64,000 bases of DNA from Saccharolobus islandicus REY15A (GCF_000189555.1 NC_017276.1); one strand, 5' to 3'. Shown: positions 10,348 through 24,408, counted from the stretch's first letter. Program-made: numbers and translations. Notes: generated from the letters alone by a model not told the origin.

Positions 10348-11454
10348 TTAATGATGTACCACCTTCGCTTCAGCTGTTTTCTTCGCGAAATCCGACTCTT
10401 CCCATATTCCATGAGTAACGTATTCATAAGCTTTCATTGCTGCTGCATATCCCTCAGTTATTGAATCTGAGATAGTTTTAGGTCCGGTTATAGCACCAGC
10501 TAAGAATATTCCTTTCTTAGTGGATTGGACTGGTAGCCTATCTGGATCTAACGGCTTAACGAAACCGTGCTCTTCAAACTCTAATCCCAATATCTTAGCC
10601 ACTTGTTTTGAACCCAATCCAAGCTCCATTCCATTAGCTAATACTACCATATCATAAGGTACAGCCAATGCCCTATTCAAGTTCATTGTGTCTTCTCCCT
10701 TTATTATCACAGTATCATTAGGACCTCTCATGAACTCTGAAATTCTACCTCTAATATAACCAATCCTGTAATCTAGTTGCGATTTCCAGTATAATTTATC
10801 CTCCATTAGACCATAAGTTCTTATATCCATGTAGTAGATGTGAACTACCGCATCTGGAATTCTCTGTTTGATCTCCATAGCTTGCTTTATTGAGACTGCA
10901 CAACATACTCTAGAACAATAAGTATTTCCTACTGTGGCATCCCTAGAACCTACACATAATAATATCGCAACTCTCTTAGGTGGAGTTCCCTTAGTAGTGA
11001 CTAGCTTATTATCATGAAGCATACCCTCTATGTCAGATATTTGATATATGTTGGGAATTATACCATAACCGTATTCATACTTCCTTCTAGAATCGAAGTG
11101 TTCAAAACCAGAAGCTGCGATTATCGCATTAACTTTTTCCACCTTTACATTACCCTTCTTATCCTTGACGCTTACCTCAAAGCCATCAGAGGTGTTTTTA
11201 GCAGCATCAACTATGCTTTCCGAATAAATCTTAACGTTTCCATTCTCTTGAACAGTCTTTACTAATGGATCTATAACCTCTGAAGCTGGTCTTAACTCGG
11301 GGAATAATAAACTGTACTTTAACCTCTTGGGTGTACCACCTAAGAACGACTCTGTCTCAACAAGTATAACATTAACCCCCATATTCGCCAGTTCTTTAGT
11401 TGCAGAAAGACCTGCGGGCCCCGCACCTATAACTAGGACAGATTTACTCGCCAC
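10348..11454 (-). CDS. hdrA: Heterodisulfide reductase-like flavoprotein sHdrA (short form)
   Basis: VLVIGAGPAG FAD motif; LCVGSRD...YCSRVCC Fe-S motif; no ferredoxin insert; GTG start. Confidence 0.92.
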   Translation of the reverse strand: MASKSVLVIGAGPAGLSATKELANMGVNVILVETESFLGGTPKRLKYSLLFPELRPASEVIDPLVKTVQENGNVKIYSESIVDAAKNTSDGFEVSVKDKKGNVKVEKVNAIIAASGFEHFDSRRKYEYGYGIIPNIYQISDIEGMLHDNKLVTTKGTPPKRVAILLCVGSRDATVGNTYCSRVCCAVSIKQAMEIKQRIPDAVVHIYYMDIRTYGLMEDKLYWKSQLDYRIGYIRGRISEFMRGPNDTVIIKGEDTMNLNRALAVPYDMVVLANGMELGLGSKQVAKILGLEFEEHGFVKPLDPDRLPVQSTKKGIFLAGAITGPKTISDSITEGYAAAMKAYEYVTHGIWEESDFAKKTAEAKVVHH

Positions 11455-11511
11455 TTAATCACCACCTTTTATTAAGTAAATTTAATTTAAAAAACTTTGC
11501 TTTTACTCTAT

Positions 11512-12825
11512 TTACTTTGGTACCTCCTTCTTATACCATTTTACTCTATCTGGCAAGGATAAGTAGAAGTCAATCTTTCTATGCTTTGGATACAAGTATT
11601 GTGGCTCAGCATTACCTTCTCTTAAATCTTGTAGATATTGTACGAACTTCTCTTTATAGTCATCTACTGGAACGCCTATCCTTCTTAAGAAACCTTCGAC
11701 ATCTGTTGCGTGCCAGTGAATTTGTGCAATTATGTATGGATCTGCACCCATTGCTAAAGCCGCAAACTGCGCATCAGCCAACACCGGTAGGTTATAATTG
11801 AAGCCATGAGCCTTTCCAGCCCACTGACTCTTATCTAGTGTAGTAACACATCCCGTATCGGAAGTTACAAAGACATCAGCATTTCCCTCCTCAACTGCTG
11901 GTATAACCTTCTTAAATAATGCGAAACTCCTACTGAATTCCCTCTCTGTTAGGATATGTCTAAATCCGAATCCACAACAATCCCACCAAGTCGAATAATC
12001 CACTAGCTTAGCGCCGAAATTCTGTACCGTTCCAGATGGTGCTGCTGGCCTTCTACCTTGGAATACTTCCGGATCGTAAACAGTGTCCTCTGGAACTAGC
12101 TTATAAACATGGCATGGGGTGTGAACAGCCGCTTTAATATTATCTAGAGTGTACTTTTTCTGTTGTGCAGCTTTCTTACTCATTACATATAACCATTCAG
12201 AATAGTGAACTACCTCTTCTGGTATTACAATATCCATGTCCAATTTTCTCATAATTGGTCTTAGCTTATCTCTTATCTCCTTGTGTAGTATTATCATGTT
12301 CCTAACTTCTTTATAATGACCAAATGAGGTTCCACAATGTATTAATGGGAAGTAACCTGTTTCATAAGCTCTCCACATGTTCCTTACATATACTCCTGCC
12401 AAGGCTACGGGGTTAGACGCACCAGAAGCGTGATAGTTCCATCCAGTACATGAGGTCTGATGGGGTTCATCTAGATAATCTATCTCTAACTTATTCATCA
12501 CCCAGAAAACAGAGGTTGGATAACCGGGAATGTGACCACATTGCCCACAACTCTTATGATGCCATAATTTTGTTGTGGGTATTTTCTTTGGAGATCCATT
12601 TAGTGTTTGAGCTTCTACTGGATTGTTATAGGGCTTAATATGATGTATAATGATTTCACCTTTATCCTCCAATTTATACATTTCCTCTTTAACGTGTTCT
12701 AGCCCATGAGGTGTACTATATCTATAAATTATCCTCTGATAAACTTCATTCCAATCAACATTATCAGACATCGGGAAGGCTTCTTGAACAGCCTTTTGAA
12801 TTTGCTTCTCTTCTTGACTCAACAT
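11512..12825 (-). CDS. hdrB1: Heterodisulfide reductase-like subunit sHdrB1
   Basis: CCG-type domains (KSCGQC, TSCTG, DCCGFG, DTGC); SD-like GGTGG upstream. Confidence 0.9.
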   Translation of the reverse strand: MLSQEEKQIQKAVQEAFPMSDNVDWNEVYQRIIYRYSTPHGLEHVKEEMYKLEDKGEIIIHHIKPYNNPVEAQTLNGSPKKIPTTKLWHHKSCGQCGHIPGYPTSVFWVMNKLEIDYLDEPHQTSCTGWNYHASGASNPVALAGVYVRNMWRAYETGYFPLIHCGTSFGHYKEVRNMIILHKEIRDKLRPIMRKLDMDIVIPEEVVHYSEWLYVMSKKAAQQKKYTLDNIKAAVHTPCHVYKLVPEDTVYDPEVFQGRRPAAPSGTVQNFGAKLVDYSTWWDCCGFGFRHILTEREFSRSFALFKKVIPAVEEGNADVFVTSDTGCVTTLDKSQWAGKAHGFNYNLPVLADAQFAALAMGADPYIIAQIHWHATDVEGFLRRIGVPVDDYKEKFVQYLQDLREGNAEPQYLYPKHRKIDFYLSLPDRVKWYKKEVPK

Positions 12826-13032
12826 TCCACCTTATTTATATTAGTTATTTCAGATTTATAAACTTTATTTTAAAACTTCTTTCTAACAAGAAGAAAGGGT
12901 AAATATAATTTTTATCACAACTTGAGGTAAAAACGTTAGTTACAGATACAACCAACTCACTCTTAGTATTATGATACAGTTTATATAGTAACAAACTTTA
13001 CAGAAAAAATACTCCTATAAAGAAAAAGTATA

Positions 13033-13875
13033 CTATAACTCTAACCAACTATCTGGTAGGTCCTCTTCCTTTAACTCCCCTTTCTCCCACTTCTCCTTGA
13101 TTTCCTCTAATTGTTGCTTCCTTTCCTCATATATATCCATAATCATATCATATAAGTCCTTATCGACGTTCTTTAAGGAATCTAGAACCCCTGCTTCGAC
13201 AAATATAGTCATCATTTCAACTGCAGTCTGTAATGAAGCGTGCCAGCCTATATCAGTCCTCTGTAAAAGATCAACTGGAACTGCCTTCCTATACACATCC
13301 ATATTCTTAGACTCCTCTACAGCTTGTGGTCCCCAATCTGGGAAGGCATCGGGTTGGATCATATCTGGTGTAACTTGATTACCCGTTGTGATTACTGTTA
13401 ATAAGACTCTTCTATAAGGAGCTAATACTTCCTTAGCTGATTGTAAACCAAATTTCACAGCGTATTCTCTTAATACCATTATCAAACCAGCTATTTCATT
13501 ATTAAATGGACATCTCATTGAGCAAGTGTAGCATTGTACGCAAGCCCAAACTTTCTTATTTACGAACTCCCATATCTTGTCCACTTCATCCCTCATCATA
13601 TACTGTATCATTTCCCTAGGACCGAAATCGTAGAATTTTGCCGCGGGGCAGCCTGAGGTACAAACGCCACAGTTCAAACACCCTCTTAAATACTCGTCAT
13701 ATCTGAAATCGCTCTTAACAGCTTCCCAGAACTTTATCGCTACTTCTCTATCCTCTGGTTTTAAATTACTTAGCAAGTTCCTCTCTTCTTCCGGTAGTGG
13801 TCCCTGAACATCATATGACATATCTAGAAATCTTGGATCGTCAGGAAGAGGAGGCAATATAGTTTTAGTAGCCAT
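13033..13875 (-). CDS. hdrC1: Heterodisulfide reductase-like Fe-S subunit sHdrC1
   Basis: CLNCGVCTSGC and CVQCYTCSMRC motifs. Confidence 0.9.
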   Translation of the reverse strand: MATKTILPPLPDDPRFLDMSYDVQGPLPEEERNLLSNLKPEDREVAIKFWEAVKSDFRYDEYLRGCLNCGVCTSGCPAAKFYDFGPREMIQYMMRDEVDKIWEFVNKKVWACVQCYTCSMRCPFNNEIAGLIMVLREYAVKFGLQSAKEVLAPYRRVLLTVITTGNQVTPDMIQPDAFPDWGPQAVEESKNMDVYRKAVPVDLLQRTDIGWHASLQTAVEMMTIFVEAGVLDSLKNVDKDLYDMIMDIYEERKQQLEEIKEKWEKGELKEEDLPDSWLEL

Positions 13876-13907
13876 ACCATTTCACAATTAAATAGAAGAA
13901 TTAGATA

Positions 13908-13920
13908 CTTATAAACTTTG
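13908..13920 (-). promoter_or_regulatory. BRE/TATA (CAAAG-TTTATAAG) upstream of hdrC1
   Basis: Canonical TATA 33-40 nt upstream of the hdrC1 ATG. Confidence 0.55.
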
Positions 13921-13943
13921 TTAAAAAAGAATTCTAGCTTAAC

Positions 13944-14186
13944 TTATTTCATTCTTTTAATTAATATCCTTGTTACTCCTCCTTGTTGTTGTATGTCAAC
14001 TACTTGGTTTCCGGTTCTCCTAGCCCACGCTTCAATGTCAGGTTTCGCAGCAGGATCAGTTGCAAGTATTTCCAAAACCTCACCAACATTTATTTGCTTA
14101 ATTGCCTTTGCAGTTTCTAAAACTGGGCCGGGGCAATACATCCCCCTAGCATCTAACGTCTTTGCAATCCTAACCTCTTGAGACAT
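13944..14186 (-). CDS. tusA: Sulfurtransferase TusA
   Basis: LDARGMYCPGP motif with Cys18. Confidence 0.92.
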   Translation of the reverse strand: MSQEVRIAKTLDARGMYCPGPVLETAKAIKQINVGEVLEILATDPAAKPDIEAWARRTGNQVVDIQQQGGVTRILIKRMK

Positions 14187-14197
14187 ACCCTTTCACC

Positions 14198-14629
14198 TCA
14201 GATAAATAGAGTGGTTCCTCCTTCCGCTCTATCTAAGAATGTGGCAACACCTACTACATCATCTACGAACTCAGCTAGATCTTCTCTCTTTATTCCGAAG
14301 AACTCCATAGTGGTAGAGCATGCAAATACTTTAACTTCTCCAACCTCCTTAGCTTGTTGTACTAGTTGATGCCACATTGGGAACTTCATCTCCTGCATTT
14401 TTTGCATCATTACTGGACCCATTTGTTCGTAGTTCTTATCAATCCGAGGTGGTTGTTGACTATTCAGACTCCTTTTCGTGATTGCTTGTAACCCCCAAAA
14501 TGTGAAGAACAAGTTAACTTCATATCCAGATGCTGCGGCACCTGATGTTAAAATTCCAACCGGCATTAACTTATCTATCGTACCAGAGAAGACTATTATT
14601 GATAATTTCTTCTTCTTTTCTTCGACCAT
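14198..14629 (-). CDS. dsrE2B: DsrE-family sulfurtransferase (DsrE2B type)
   Basis: DsrE/F fold, FACSTTM cysteine; directly upstream of tusA as in Metallosphaera shdr loci. Confidence 0.8.
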   Translation of the reverse strand: MVEEKKKKLSIIVFSGTIDKLMPVGILTSGAAASGYEVNLFFTFWGLQAITKRSLNSQQPPRIDKNYEQMGPVMMQKMQEMKFPMWHQLVQQAKEVGEVKVFACSTTMEFFGIKREDLAEFVDDVVGVATFLDRAEGGTTLFI

Positions 14630-14786
14630 TTTTTCACCATATTTATTTTTACGTTTAAGTTATTTAAGCTTTATCCTTTTCATTTATTTTAATTATTTCC
14701 TATTTTCCGCAACCTATTAGTAGAGAATAAAGGTTTAATAAAAAATTTAAGTAAGTTCTTTAAGAAGTTATAATTGGGAATAAAAT

Positions 14787-15188
14787 ATGGCTCAAGCTCA
14801 AACTCAGGGTCAAGAAGAAGAGCAAAAAAAGAAGATATTAATCGTAGTAACTCATGGTCCTGAGGATTTAGATAGGACATATGCCCCATTATTTATGGCT
14901 TCAATAGCAGCTTCAATGGAATATGAGACTTCAGTGTTCTTTATGATAAAGGGACCAAAACTACTAGATAAGAAATGGCAAGAGGAGGAGAGGAAAAAGG
15001 GTGGGAATCCATTCATACACTTCTTCGATATGGCAAAGGACAATGGAGTTAAGATGTATGTTTGTGTACAAAGCTTAAAGGATATGTGTCATATGAAAGA
15101 AGATGATGTGGTAGAAGGTATAGAACTAGTTGGAGGATCTACGTTAATAGATCTAACAATGGAAGCTGATAGGACATTATTCTTCTAA
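14787..15188 (+). CDS. dsrE3A: DsrE3A thiosulfonate carrier/sulfurtransferase
   Basis: DsrE fold with Cys93 and Cys101 ([11 protein letters not shown]), divergent from dsrE2B-tusA. Confidence 0.85.
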   Translation: MAQAQTQGQEEEQKKKILIVVTHGPEDLDRTYAPLFMASIAASMEYETSVFFMIKGPKLLDKKWQEEERKKGGNPFIHFFDMAKDNGVKMYVCVQSLKDMCHMKEDDVVEGIELVGGSTLIDLTMEADRTLFF

Positions 15189-15198
15189 ATGATCTAGC

Positions 15199-16536
15199 AT
15201 GAAATATGATATAGTAGTGATTGGCGGCGGTACTGCTGGTTATGTTGCTGGAAGCATATTGGCGCGAAAAGGCAAGAAGGTAATAGTAATCGAAAAGGAG
15301 AAATTTGGCGGAGTTTGTGTAAACTTCGGTTGTGTGCCAAGTATTTTTCTTTTTGACGTAACTTTCTTATTAAACAGATTTAAAGAAATTGTGTACTATC
15401 TAGGTTTAGATGGTGAAATTGAATACAAGGATCTTCTTTTTAGTAAGAGAAATGAAATTGTAAATTATTTATCAAATGCAGGTAGGAGGTTAATTGAGGA
15501 TTCAGGTGGTGAGACCGAGTTAGGCGAGGCTGAAATAATTTCTCCTAGTGAAGTAAAGGTAAATAGGAGAATTGTTGAATTCGATAAGTTAATTATAGCT
15601 ACCGGTTCAAAGCCGATGATACCGAATATTGATGGTATTGAAGATGCAATAAGTGAGGATGATGCGGTCAATTTGAATTCCATACCTTCTTCCATGGTAG
15701 TAATTGGTGGAGGTTACGCAGGAGTTGAGATAGCTCAAATATATTCCAGATTAGGATCACAAGTTACCTTATTATCTAGAAGTGAAATTTTACCAACTTT
15801 TCCAGAGGATGTTAGGAGTGTTGTGAAAGATTCCTTAGAGTTCGATGGAGTAAATGTAGTGGAAAACACTAGAATAGTGAAGCTTCGTGATGGTAAAGTG
15901 ATCACGGAGAAGGGTGAGATAGAGGGAAATGTGATAGTTTACGCCACTGGAAGAAGACCACAGCTCCCCAAAGGTATAGAGAAACTCGGGCTAGAAATTG
16001 ATGAATGTGGAATAAATGTTGACAAATATAAACAAATAAAGAATAATGCATATGCAATAGGTGATGTGATAAATAAGGAAAGGAAAACGGCACATTCGGC
16101 AATGTTCGATGCCTTAGTTGCGTCACTACATATCCTTAAGGAGACTACGTTTATTCCACCAGACAATTTTAAAATACCTGTAGTATTATACACCGATCCG
16201 CAAGTAGGTGTTATAGGTGATCACAAGGAAGCTAAGAAGTTTTCAGTTTTCCCATTCGCTGCTATCACAAGGGCGATTATTAACGGAATAAAGGATGGCT
16301 ACGTTAAAATAGGAATAAATGAGAGGAATGAGATAGTTTTTGGAGAAGTAATTGGTGACAAAGCTGAAGAATTAATCAATATTTTAACATTAGTAGTAAA
16401 TAATAGAATGAGAATAGAGAGTTTAGCGCTAATGCCTTTTGTTCATCCTTCATTATCTGAGGCCATAGTTAACGCAGCGAAGGGCTTTTTTGATTTAGAT
16501 GTGGATAGATATAAGAGTAAGGATGGGAAAACTTGA
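15199..16536 (+). CDS. lpdA: Dihydrolipoamide dehydrogenase-like flavoprotein disulfide reductase
   Basis: GGGTAG FAD site, GGVCVNFGCVPS redox disulfide, GGGYAGVE NAD site, C-terminal HPSLSE. Confidence 0.8.
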   Translation: MKYDIVVIGGGTAGYVAGSILARKGKKVIVIEKEKFGGVCVNFGCVPSIFLFDVTFLLNRFKEIVYYLGLDGEIEYKDLLFSKRNEIVNYLSNAGRRLIEDSGGETELGEAEIISPSEVKVNRRIVEFDKLIIATGSKPMIPNIDGIEDAISEDDAVNLNSIPSSMVVIGGGYAGVEIAQIYSRLGSQVTLLSRSEILPTFPEDVRSVVKDSLEFDGVNVVENTRIVKLRDGKVITEKGEIEGNVIVYATGRRPQLPKGIEKLGLEIDECGINVDKYKQIKNNAYAIGDVINKERKTAHSAMFDALVASLHILKETTFIPPDNFKIPVVLYTDPQVGVIGDHKEAKKFSVFPFAAITRAIINGIKDGYVKIGINERNEIVFGEVIGDKAEELINILTLVVNNRMRIESLALMPFVHPSLSEAIVNAAKGFFDLDVDRYKSKDGKT

Positions 16537-16867
16537 GGAGTACTTAAGGAAGAAGGGATTTTCCCTATTTAATGAGGGAAAAAGGGAAAGGGTGATAATG
16601 GATGACTATGAGTTCTTTATTGAAAACTCAGCCATATTTTTGCCAATTCCATTACCTACTGGTAAGGAGAGTTTAGATGATCTGATAGGAATGGGGACAA
16701 AGTATGCAAGAGCATCTAGGATCTCTCAAGGATTAGGAGCACCATTGGAATATGAATTGAATGGTACAACCATTTATATTATTAAAAGGTTTCAAAATAG
16801 AGAAGATTTAGAAAACTCAATTATTAAATCACTAGAAGGTATAGAAAGTTTGAGGTATTTCATATGA
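16523..16867 (+). CDS. Hypothetical protein
   Basis: Overlaps the lpdA stop and the next gene; probable start MGKLEE at 16523. Confidence 0.7.
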   Translation: MGKLEEYLRKKGFSLFNEGKRERVIMDDYEFFIENSAIFLPIPLPTGKESLDDLIGMGTKYARASRISQGLGAPLEYELNGTTIYIIKRFQNREDLENSIIKSLEGIESLRYFI

Positions 16868-17383
16868 GCTATGATTACGTTATTAAGGAGTATCTTAACG
16901 CGATTAAGAAGGGAGATATAACGATCCAGCAGTGTAATGGAGATGACTTATTTCATGAGTTTAAAAATTACGTCAAAGTGGAGACCCTAGATAATTGTAA
17001 AAAACCTCTTGTTAAAGTTAAGAAGGGAGATAGAGTTTACTATACTTATTATGGTATTCCAATAGCAAATGAGCTATGGCCATTTCTTAACTCGTTAGTA
17101 AGAATCTCTAATAACGTTGTTAACCTAGATGAAAAGGAGATGGAGTTGGCAAGGCAAGTGAGGGGAAACGTTAAATTGTTTGTAACCCCAGATTGCACTA
17201 AATGTCCAATTACCGCGGAGTTCTTATATCAAGTATCACAAATAAATGAGAATGTTAAATTGGAGATCTACGATACTACAGAGTATGAGGAGGAAAGAGA
17301 CAAGTATAGGATTTTGAGTGTACCAAAAATTATATTTAACGAAAAGGTGGAAATTCCAGGTGGATTCCCTTCAACTATGATAC

Positions 17384-20039
<2,656 letters not shown>

Positions 20040-20816
20040 TCACATTTATGTCGTTTAAAAAGAATCTAATCATGGGGTAACCATTATAAGATAGAACAAC
20101 TTCCATAAACGCGAAACCACATATGGGCTTATTTGCAAGAACTTTGAATGAAGCGTCTTCATCCCAATTTCTTAATAAGTTCTTCTTACCTTCAAACAAG
20201 AGGTAAGTTCTACGTTTAACCGCTAGATATCCTAAATTTAGGCCATAAAGTGATAATTGACCAGAGAATCCCCCAATGATTCCACCATAACAAGCGTAGG
20301 GTAAACTCGCATTCAATAATCCTCCACAACAACCTAATCCTCTAAGCTTTCCAGCTTCAGCAAAGTCCTTTATTATCACATCAAAAAACTCCTTATCTTT
20401 CTTGTGCACTATACCAATTTTAGAATCTCTATAAGTTGAAAGCTTTGGAAATCTTATTGTAATACCTTCAATGTGAGCGTGAGGAAAATCACCACCAGTA
20501 TAAGGTGTTTGAAGAAATTCCCCTATTGTTTGCCCCTCTTTAACATATTCGCCTTTCTCCACCCATGGTAAGACGTGAAGGATCTTTATCCTCTTTCTAT
20601 TTTCATTTTCAATTAAGACCATATAATCGTAGTTCGTCTTAGAAAACCTATTTGGCCGTCCTATCTCGAATCGTACTATATCTACGATCTCACCTTTAAC
20701 CGGGGAGTAAAACAGTTTAAGATCGGGAGATGAAATATCTATTGCCTTTACTCTTACATGCGAAGGAAAACCGCTTGAAAAATAGCTTATTAGAGAGCCA
20801 TCTTTTATGAACATAT

Positions 20817-21872
20817 TTACCTTACTACTTTCTTTATTAGGGATTCTAATCTAGAAGCTTTGATTGAACGTAAAGTCATTTCTCTATTTAGATACCAAGG
20901 AATATTCTTTAATACTCTACCTGGCCGCTCATTGGAGTATGGTCTATTACAACCTGGACATCCACTAGTCATAAATGCTGGGGCTACTTCGTCTAAGGTT
21001 ATATCAGATGGCATTTCTATATCAATCAGTTCTCCCTTATCATCAAACTTAAACGCGTTGATATCAACAATATCATTTTCAATTAGCCACCTAGCTATTT
21101 GCATTCTCCTATAGACGTGAACTGGGACTGGTTTTTTCTTCTCCATTGGAGTTCCAGCTTCTGGGTAAAATGCGAAGAGTGAGATTTTAGCTCCCCTACT
21201 ATGAGCGTACCACATCAGATTTACTGCATCTTCCTCAGTCTCACCTAACCCTATTATTAAGTGAATACCAGCGTTCTTTTTACCAAATACTTCCACTGCC
21301 TCATCTATTGCTTCTAAATACCTCTTCCATGAGTGCATGCTTCTAGCCTTCTTACCTCTTAGTTCTTCAAACACTTTCTCATTTGCAGCATCTATTGCAA
21401 CATCAATCATATCAGCTCCTACTTTCCTCATTTCAATCATGTGATGTTTAAACGTATAAGTGGCCGTCACTAACTCTGAAATTTGTAGTTCAATTCCAGC
21501 CTCCCTTATCCTTCTTGTTATCTCTATGGCATCTGGTGAAGCCCTAGGATGAGCTAATTGACCTACACATATTCTCTGAAGACCGTATTGTGGGTTACCT
21601 TGTCTTTCATAAATCCTCTTTAATACCTCATTTAAAGGTCTAAGTGGCCATTCTACCCTTATTAAGGTTTTACATTCTGGACCATTGGCCACTTCTCTAG
21701 CTTGACCACAGTATGAGCAATTTGCTTTGCATCCATCTGGATAATATTGCAACAGATTTATCGTAGTATTTAGAGCTCCCTTTAAAAACACTCCAGAAGA
21801 AAAACCTAGTACCATATCTGCTCCAAAACTTAGTCTTACCCAATCTGGACTTGAAACTAGACGTAGTATCAT
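20817..21872 (-). CDS. lipS2: Radical SAM lipoate synthase subunit LipS2
   Basis: CKANCSYC radical SAM motif plus TSGCPGCNRP (LipS2 signature TxGCPxC(N/D)RP). Confidence 0.85.
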   Translation of the reverse strand: MILRLVSSPDWVRLSFGADMVLGFSSGVFLKGALNTTINLLQYYPDGCKANCSYCGQAREVANGPECKTLIRVEWPLRPLNEVLKRIYERQGNPQYGLQRICVGQLAHPRASPDAIEITRRIREAGIELQISELVTATYTFKHHMIEMRKVGADMIDVAIDAANEKVFEELRGKKARSMHSWKRYLEAIDEAVEVFGKKNAGIHLIIGLGETEEDAVNLMWYAHSRGAKISLFAFYPEAGTPMEKKKPVPVHVYRRMQIARWLIENDIVDINAFKFDDKGELIDIEMPSDITLDEVAPAFMTSGCPGCNRPYSNERPGRVLKNIPWYLNREMTLRSIKASRLESLIKKVVR

Positions 21873-22774
21873 GAGGTTATCACCTTAAATATATCAAAAA
21901 CTACATTACCACAACAAGCATAACTTAAAAATATTTCCCTTTTACCTTTTGCATATTCGTACGTTTCGTCTTCCGGAAAAGCTATTGCATCAATATCGTA
22001 ATCCACAGCAAACTTTTCTACCTCGAGATATGATTTACCTCTGGGTCTTGCACAACCTAAGTTAATCGGAATATTAGGAAAAGTATCCCTCGCAGTTTTT
22101 AGGGCAACTATCATCTCCTCCGGAGTTGGAGGTCTAGAATTATTCATCTGTGTTCCAACTAGTGGCATGAGGCCAACGATTATTAGTGCGTCAGGATTAA
22201 CTTCTTGAAGTAATCTTATTGACTCTAAGTCGCCTTCTAACCCCTTTTTACTCAATCCTAATATTATATGAGGAACTATTTTTATACCTACCTTTTTCAG
22301 ATATTTAAATGAGTTTAGATAATCATTTACGGTAAATGGCTGCCCTAAAATATCTCTAATTGCATCATTATCAGATATCATATCCAGCAGTGCGATTTTT
22401 ACACCACTTTCCTTAAATTTCATAGCTATTTCTTCATTTTTAACTACACCAGTATGTGCTATTATTGTGAGTTTATCGGAATATCTTTTCAATAAGTTAG
22501 AATACTTCCATATTGGAACATCTCCTCTCAATGTAGAACCACCTGATAGTATAATTCCCTCATCTCCTCTATTTACTGCTTCCATTACTTCTTTCTCAAT
22601 TTTATCTTGAGCAGAACCATCAATCATTGATTCTAATACTCGTCTACCACAATGTTTACAGTTAAATGCACAATACGTTCCTGTGACTGATATGGACTTC
22701 CATCCCTTTCTAGAATCTAAAAAATCAGTCTCATACCTTTTTAAATTGGGAGCGTAAAGTAATAATGGCCTCAT
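21869..22774 (-). CDS. lipS1: Radical SAM lipoate synthase subunit LipS1
   Basis: CAFNCKHC radical SAM motif plus GCAR and C-terminal CC motifs (LipS1 signatures). Confidence 0.85.
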   Translation of the reverse strand: MRPLLLYAPNLKRYETDFLDSRKGWKSISVTGTYCAFNCKHCGRRVLESMIDGSAQDKIEKEVMEAVNRGDEGIILSGGSTLRGDVPIWKYSNLLKRYSDKLTIIAHTGVVKNEEIAMKFKESGVKIALLDMISDNDAIRDILGQPFTVNDYLNSFKYLKKVGIKIVPHIILGLSKKGLEGDLESIRLLQEVNPDALIIVGLMPLVGTQMNNSRPPTPEEMIVALKTARDTFPNIPINLGCARPRGKSYLEVEKFAVDYDIDAIAFPEDETYEYAKGKREIFLSYACCGNVVFDIFKVITS

Positions 22775-23805
22775 CTTACCGCCTCTTCTATTATTTTTAT
22801 GAGATCATCAGCAGTTATTCCAATTGCCTTCACGCTATTAAACCACGTTTTGATTTCGTCTTCTAAATCCTCAACTCTACTCCACTTTAGCCTAGCTTCT
22901 AGATCATATATGGCATTTCTCGGTTCTATAAAGAAATCACCGGTTATTAGAACTGATTCTATCAGATTTTTACTAGCCATTTTGACTTGTACTTTAACTA
23001 GCCCACCTGGAAGTTTCTTTTCTACGTATCTTATATCATCTCCAATTAATGGTCGCCTTAAGTTGAATATCCATTCTGGGGATGAGTACTTTAACCCTAA
23101 TTCGTGTATTGTCTTCTTTTCAAATTCGTTGTAGTTTCCATCTACAAGTTTTATCCCCAATGCTTCTGCAAAGGAGTCTCTAGAGATTTTTATTAATTCT
23201 TCCATGTCAATTGGGCGTGTTAATTCCTTATTAATCCAAGTTAATCGATCTTTAAAATCTCTCGCTAATTTATCCTTAAGTTTTTCAGAAGATAATCTTA
23301 GAACTGAAACCATTGCGTCCGCATCGAAATCCAATAGAATCGTGCCGGTAACTGCTATATACTTACCCTCAGAAAACGCTCCAATTCCAGAGATCTTCCT
23401 CCCATTTACCTCTACATCGTTCTTTGGTCTAAAAGATGCCTTTATACCCAACTTATCTAATGCCCTAATGACACCTTCCGCGCCAATCTTTATTGCACTT
23501 TCCGGAGTGTATCCCAACAAATCATTGCTCGCGTAAATTTCCCAACCCAATTGCCATGGACCCATTATAATTGTACCTCCTCCAGTAGGTCTTCTACCTA
23601 TCTCCCAGCCTCTTTTTTTCACTTCTTCTATATTCACTTCTTGCTCAACTGCTTGATGGTAGCCTATAAGAACTGCTGGAGGGTCAAATATTACAAATCG
23701 TAAAACTGGTTGGTAGCCGTTAGCTACTGATAAAAGAAGAGCCTCTTCACCTGCTAGTATATAAGCTTGATTATTTCTCTCAACTAAAAACCTTAATTCT
23801 CTCAT
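22771..23805 (-). CDS. lplA: Lipoate:protein ligase, fused LplAB type
   Basis: RRPTGGG, PKNDVEVNGRKISG; C-terminal ITGDFF accessory domain. Confidence 0.9.
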   Translation of the reverse strand: MRELRFLVERNNQAYILAGEEALLLSVANGYQPVLRFVIFDPPAVLIGYHQAVEQEVNIEEVKKRGWEIGRRPTGGGTIIMGPWQLGWEIYASNDLLGYTPESAIKIGAEGVIRALDKLGIKASFRPKNDVEVNGRKISGIGAFSEGKYIAVTGTILLDFDADAMVSVLRLSSEKLKDKLARDFKDRLTWINKELTRPIDMEELIKISRDSFAEALGIKLVDGNYNEFEKKTIHELGLKYSSPEWIFNLRRPLIGDDIRYVEKKLPGGLVKVQVKMASKNLIESVLITGDFFIEPRNAIYDLEARLKWSRVEDLEDEIKTWFNSVKAIGITADDLIKIIEEAVR

Positions 23806-23911
23806 TCCTAGATGCTTTAGTTAACTTAATATAAAAATATTTCTCCTAAATTTTCGAAAAACATTAAATTGACATAGACAAACTTAAAAGCCAAAAATAC
23901 AAGTAAATATT

Positions 23912-24376
23912 ATGGAGAACGAAGAGGAAGTCATAAGGGAAGTTTTACTTAAATATAAAAATGTAGCAACTGTTGGATTCTCTAAAGATCCATCTAAAGC
24001 AGCTTTTCAAGTGCCCAAGTTTTTAATGGATCATGGATATAACGTAATACCAGTAAATCCATCTGCGAGTGAAATATTAGGTAAAAAGTCTTATCCATCG
24101 ATTCTCGACGTACCGGATAAGGTCGAAATCGTTGAGATATTTAGACCATCAAATGAGGTACCTAAAATTGTTGATCAAGTTTTAGAGAGAGTTAATAAGG
24201 TTGGTGACGTAAAGGTAATATGGATGCAGGAAGGTATTAGAAATGATGAGGCTGCGGAAAAGGCTAGAAAAGCAGGACTTATAGTTATTCAAGATAGGTG
24301 TATGTATAGGGAATACATGAAAAAAATATATAATGTAAATAATCCTCCCCCAGTATCATCCTTAAAAAATAGTTAA
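23912..24376 (+). CDS. CoA-binding protein (YccU-like)
   Basis: VATVGFS, YNVIPVNP, VIWMQEG, QDRC motifs. Confidence 0.85.
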   Translation: MENEEEVIREVLLKYKNVATVGFSKDPSKAAFQVPKFLMDHGYNVIPVNPSASEILGKKSYPSILDVPDKVEIVEIFRPSNEVPKIVDQVLERVNKVGDVKVIWMQEGIRNDEAAEKARKAGLIVIQDRCMYREYMKKIYNVNNPPPVSSLKNS

Positions 24377-24408
24377 AGTTTTAATACTAGAAAAGATAAA
24401 ATAAGTTT

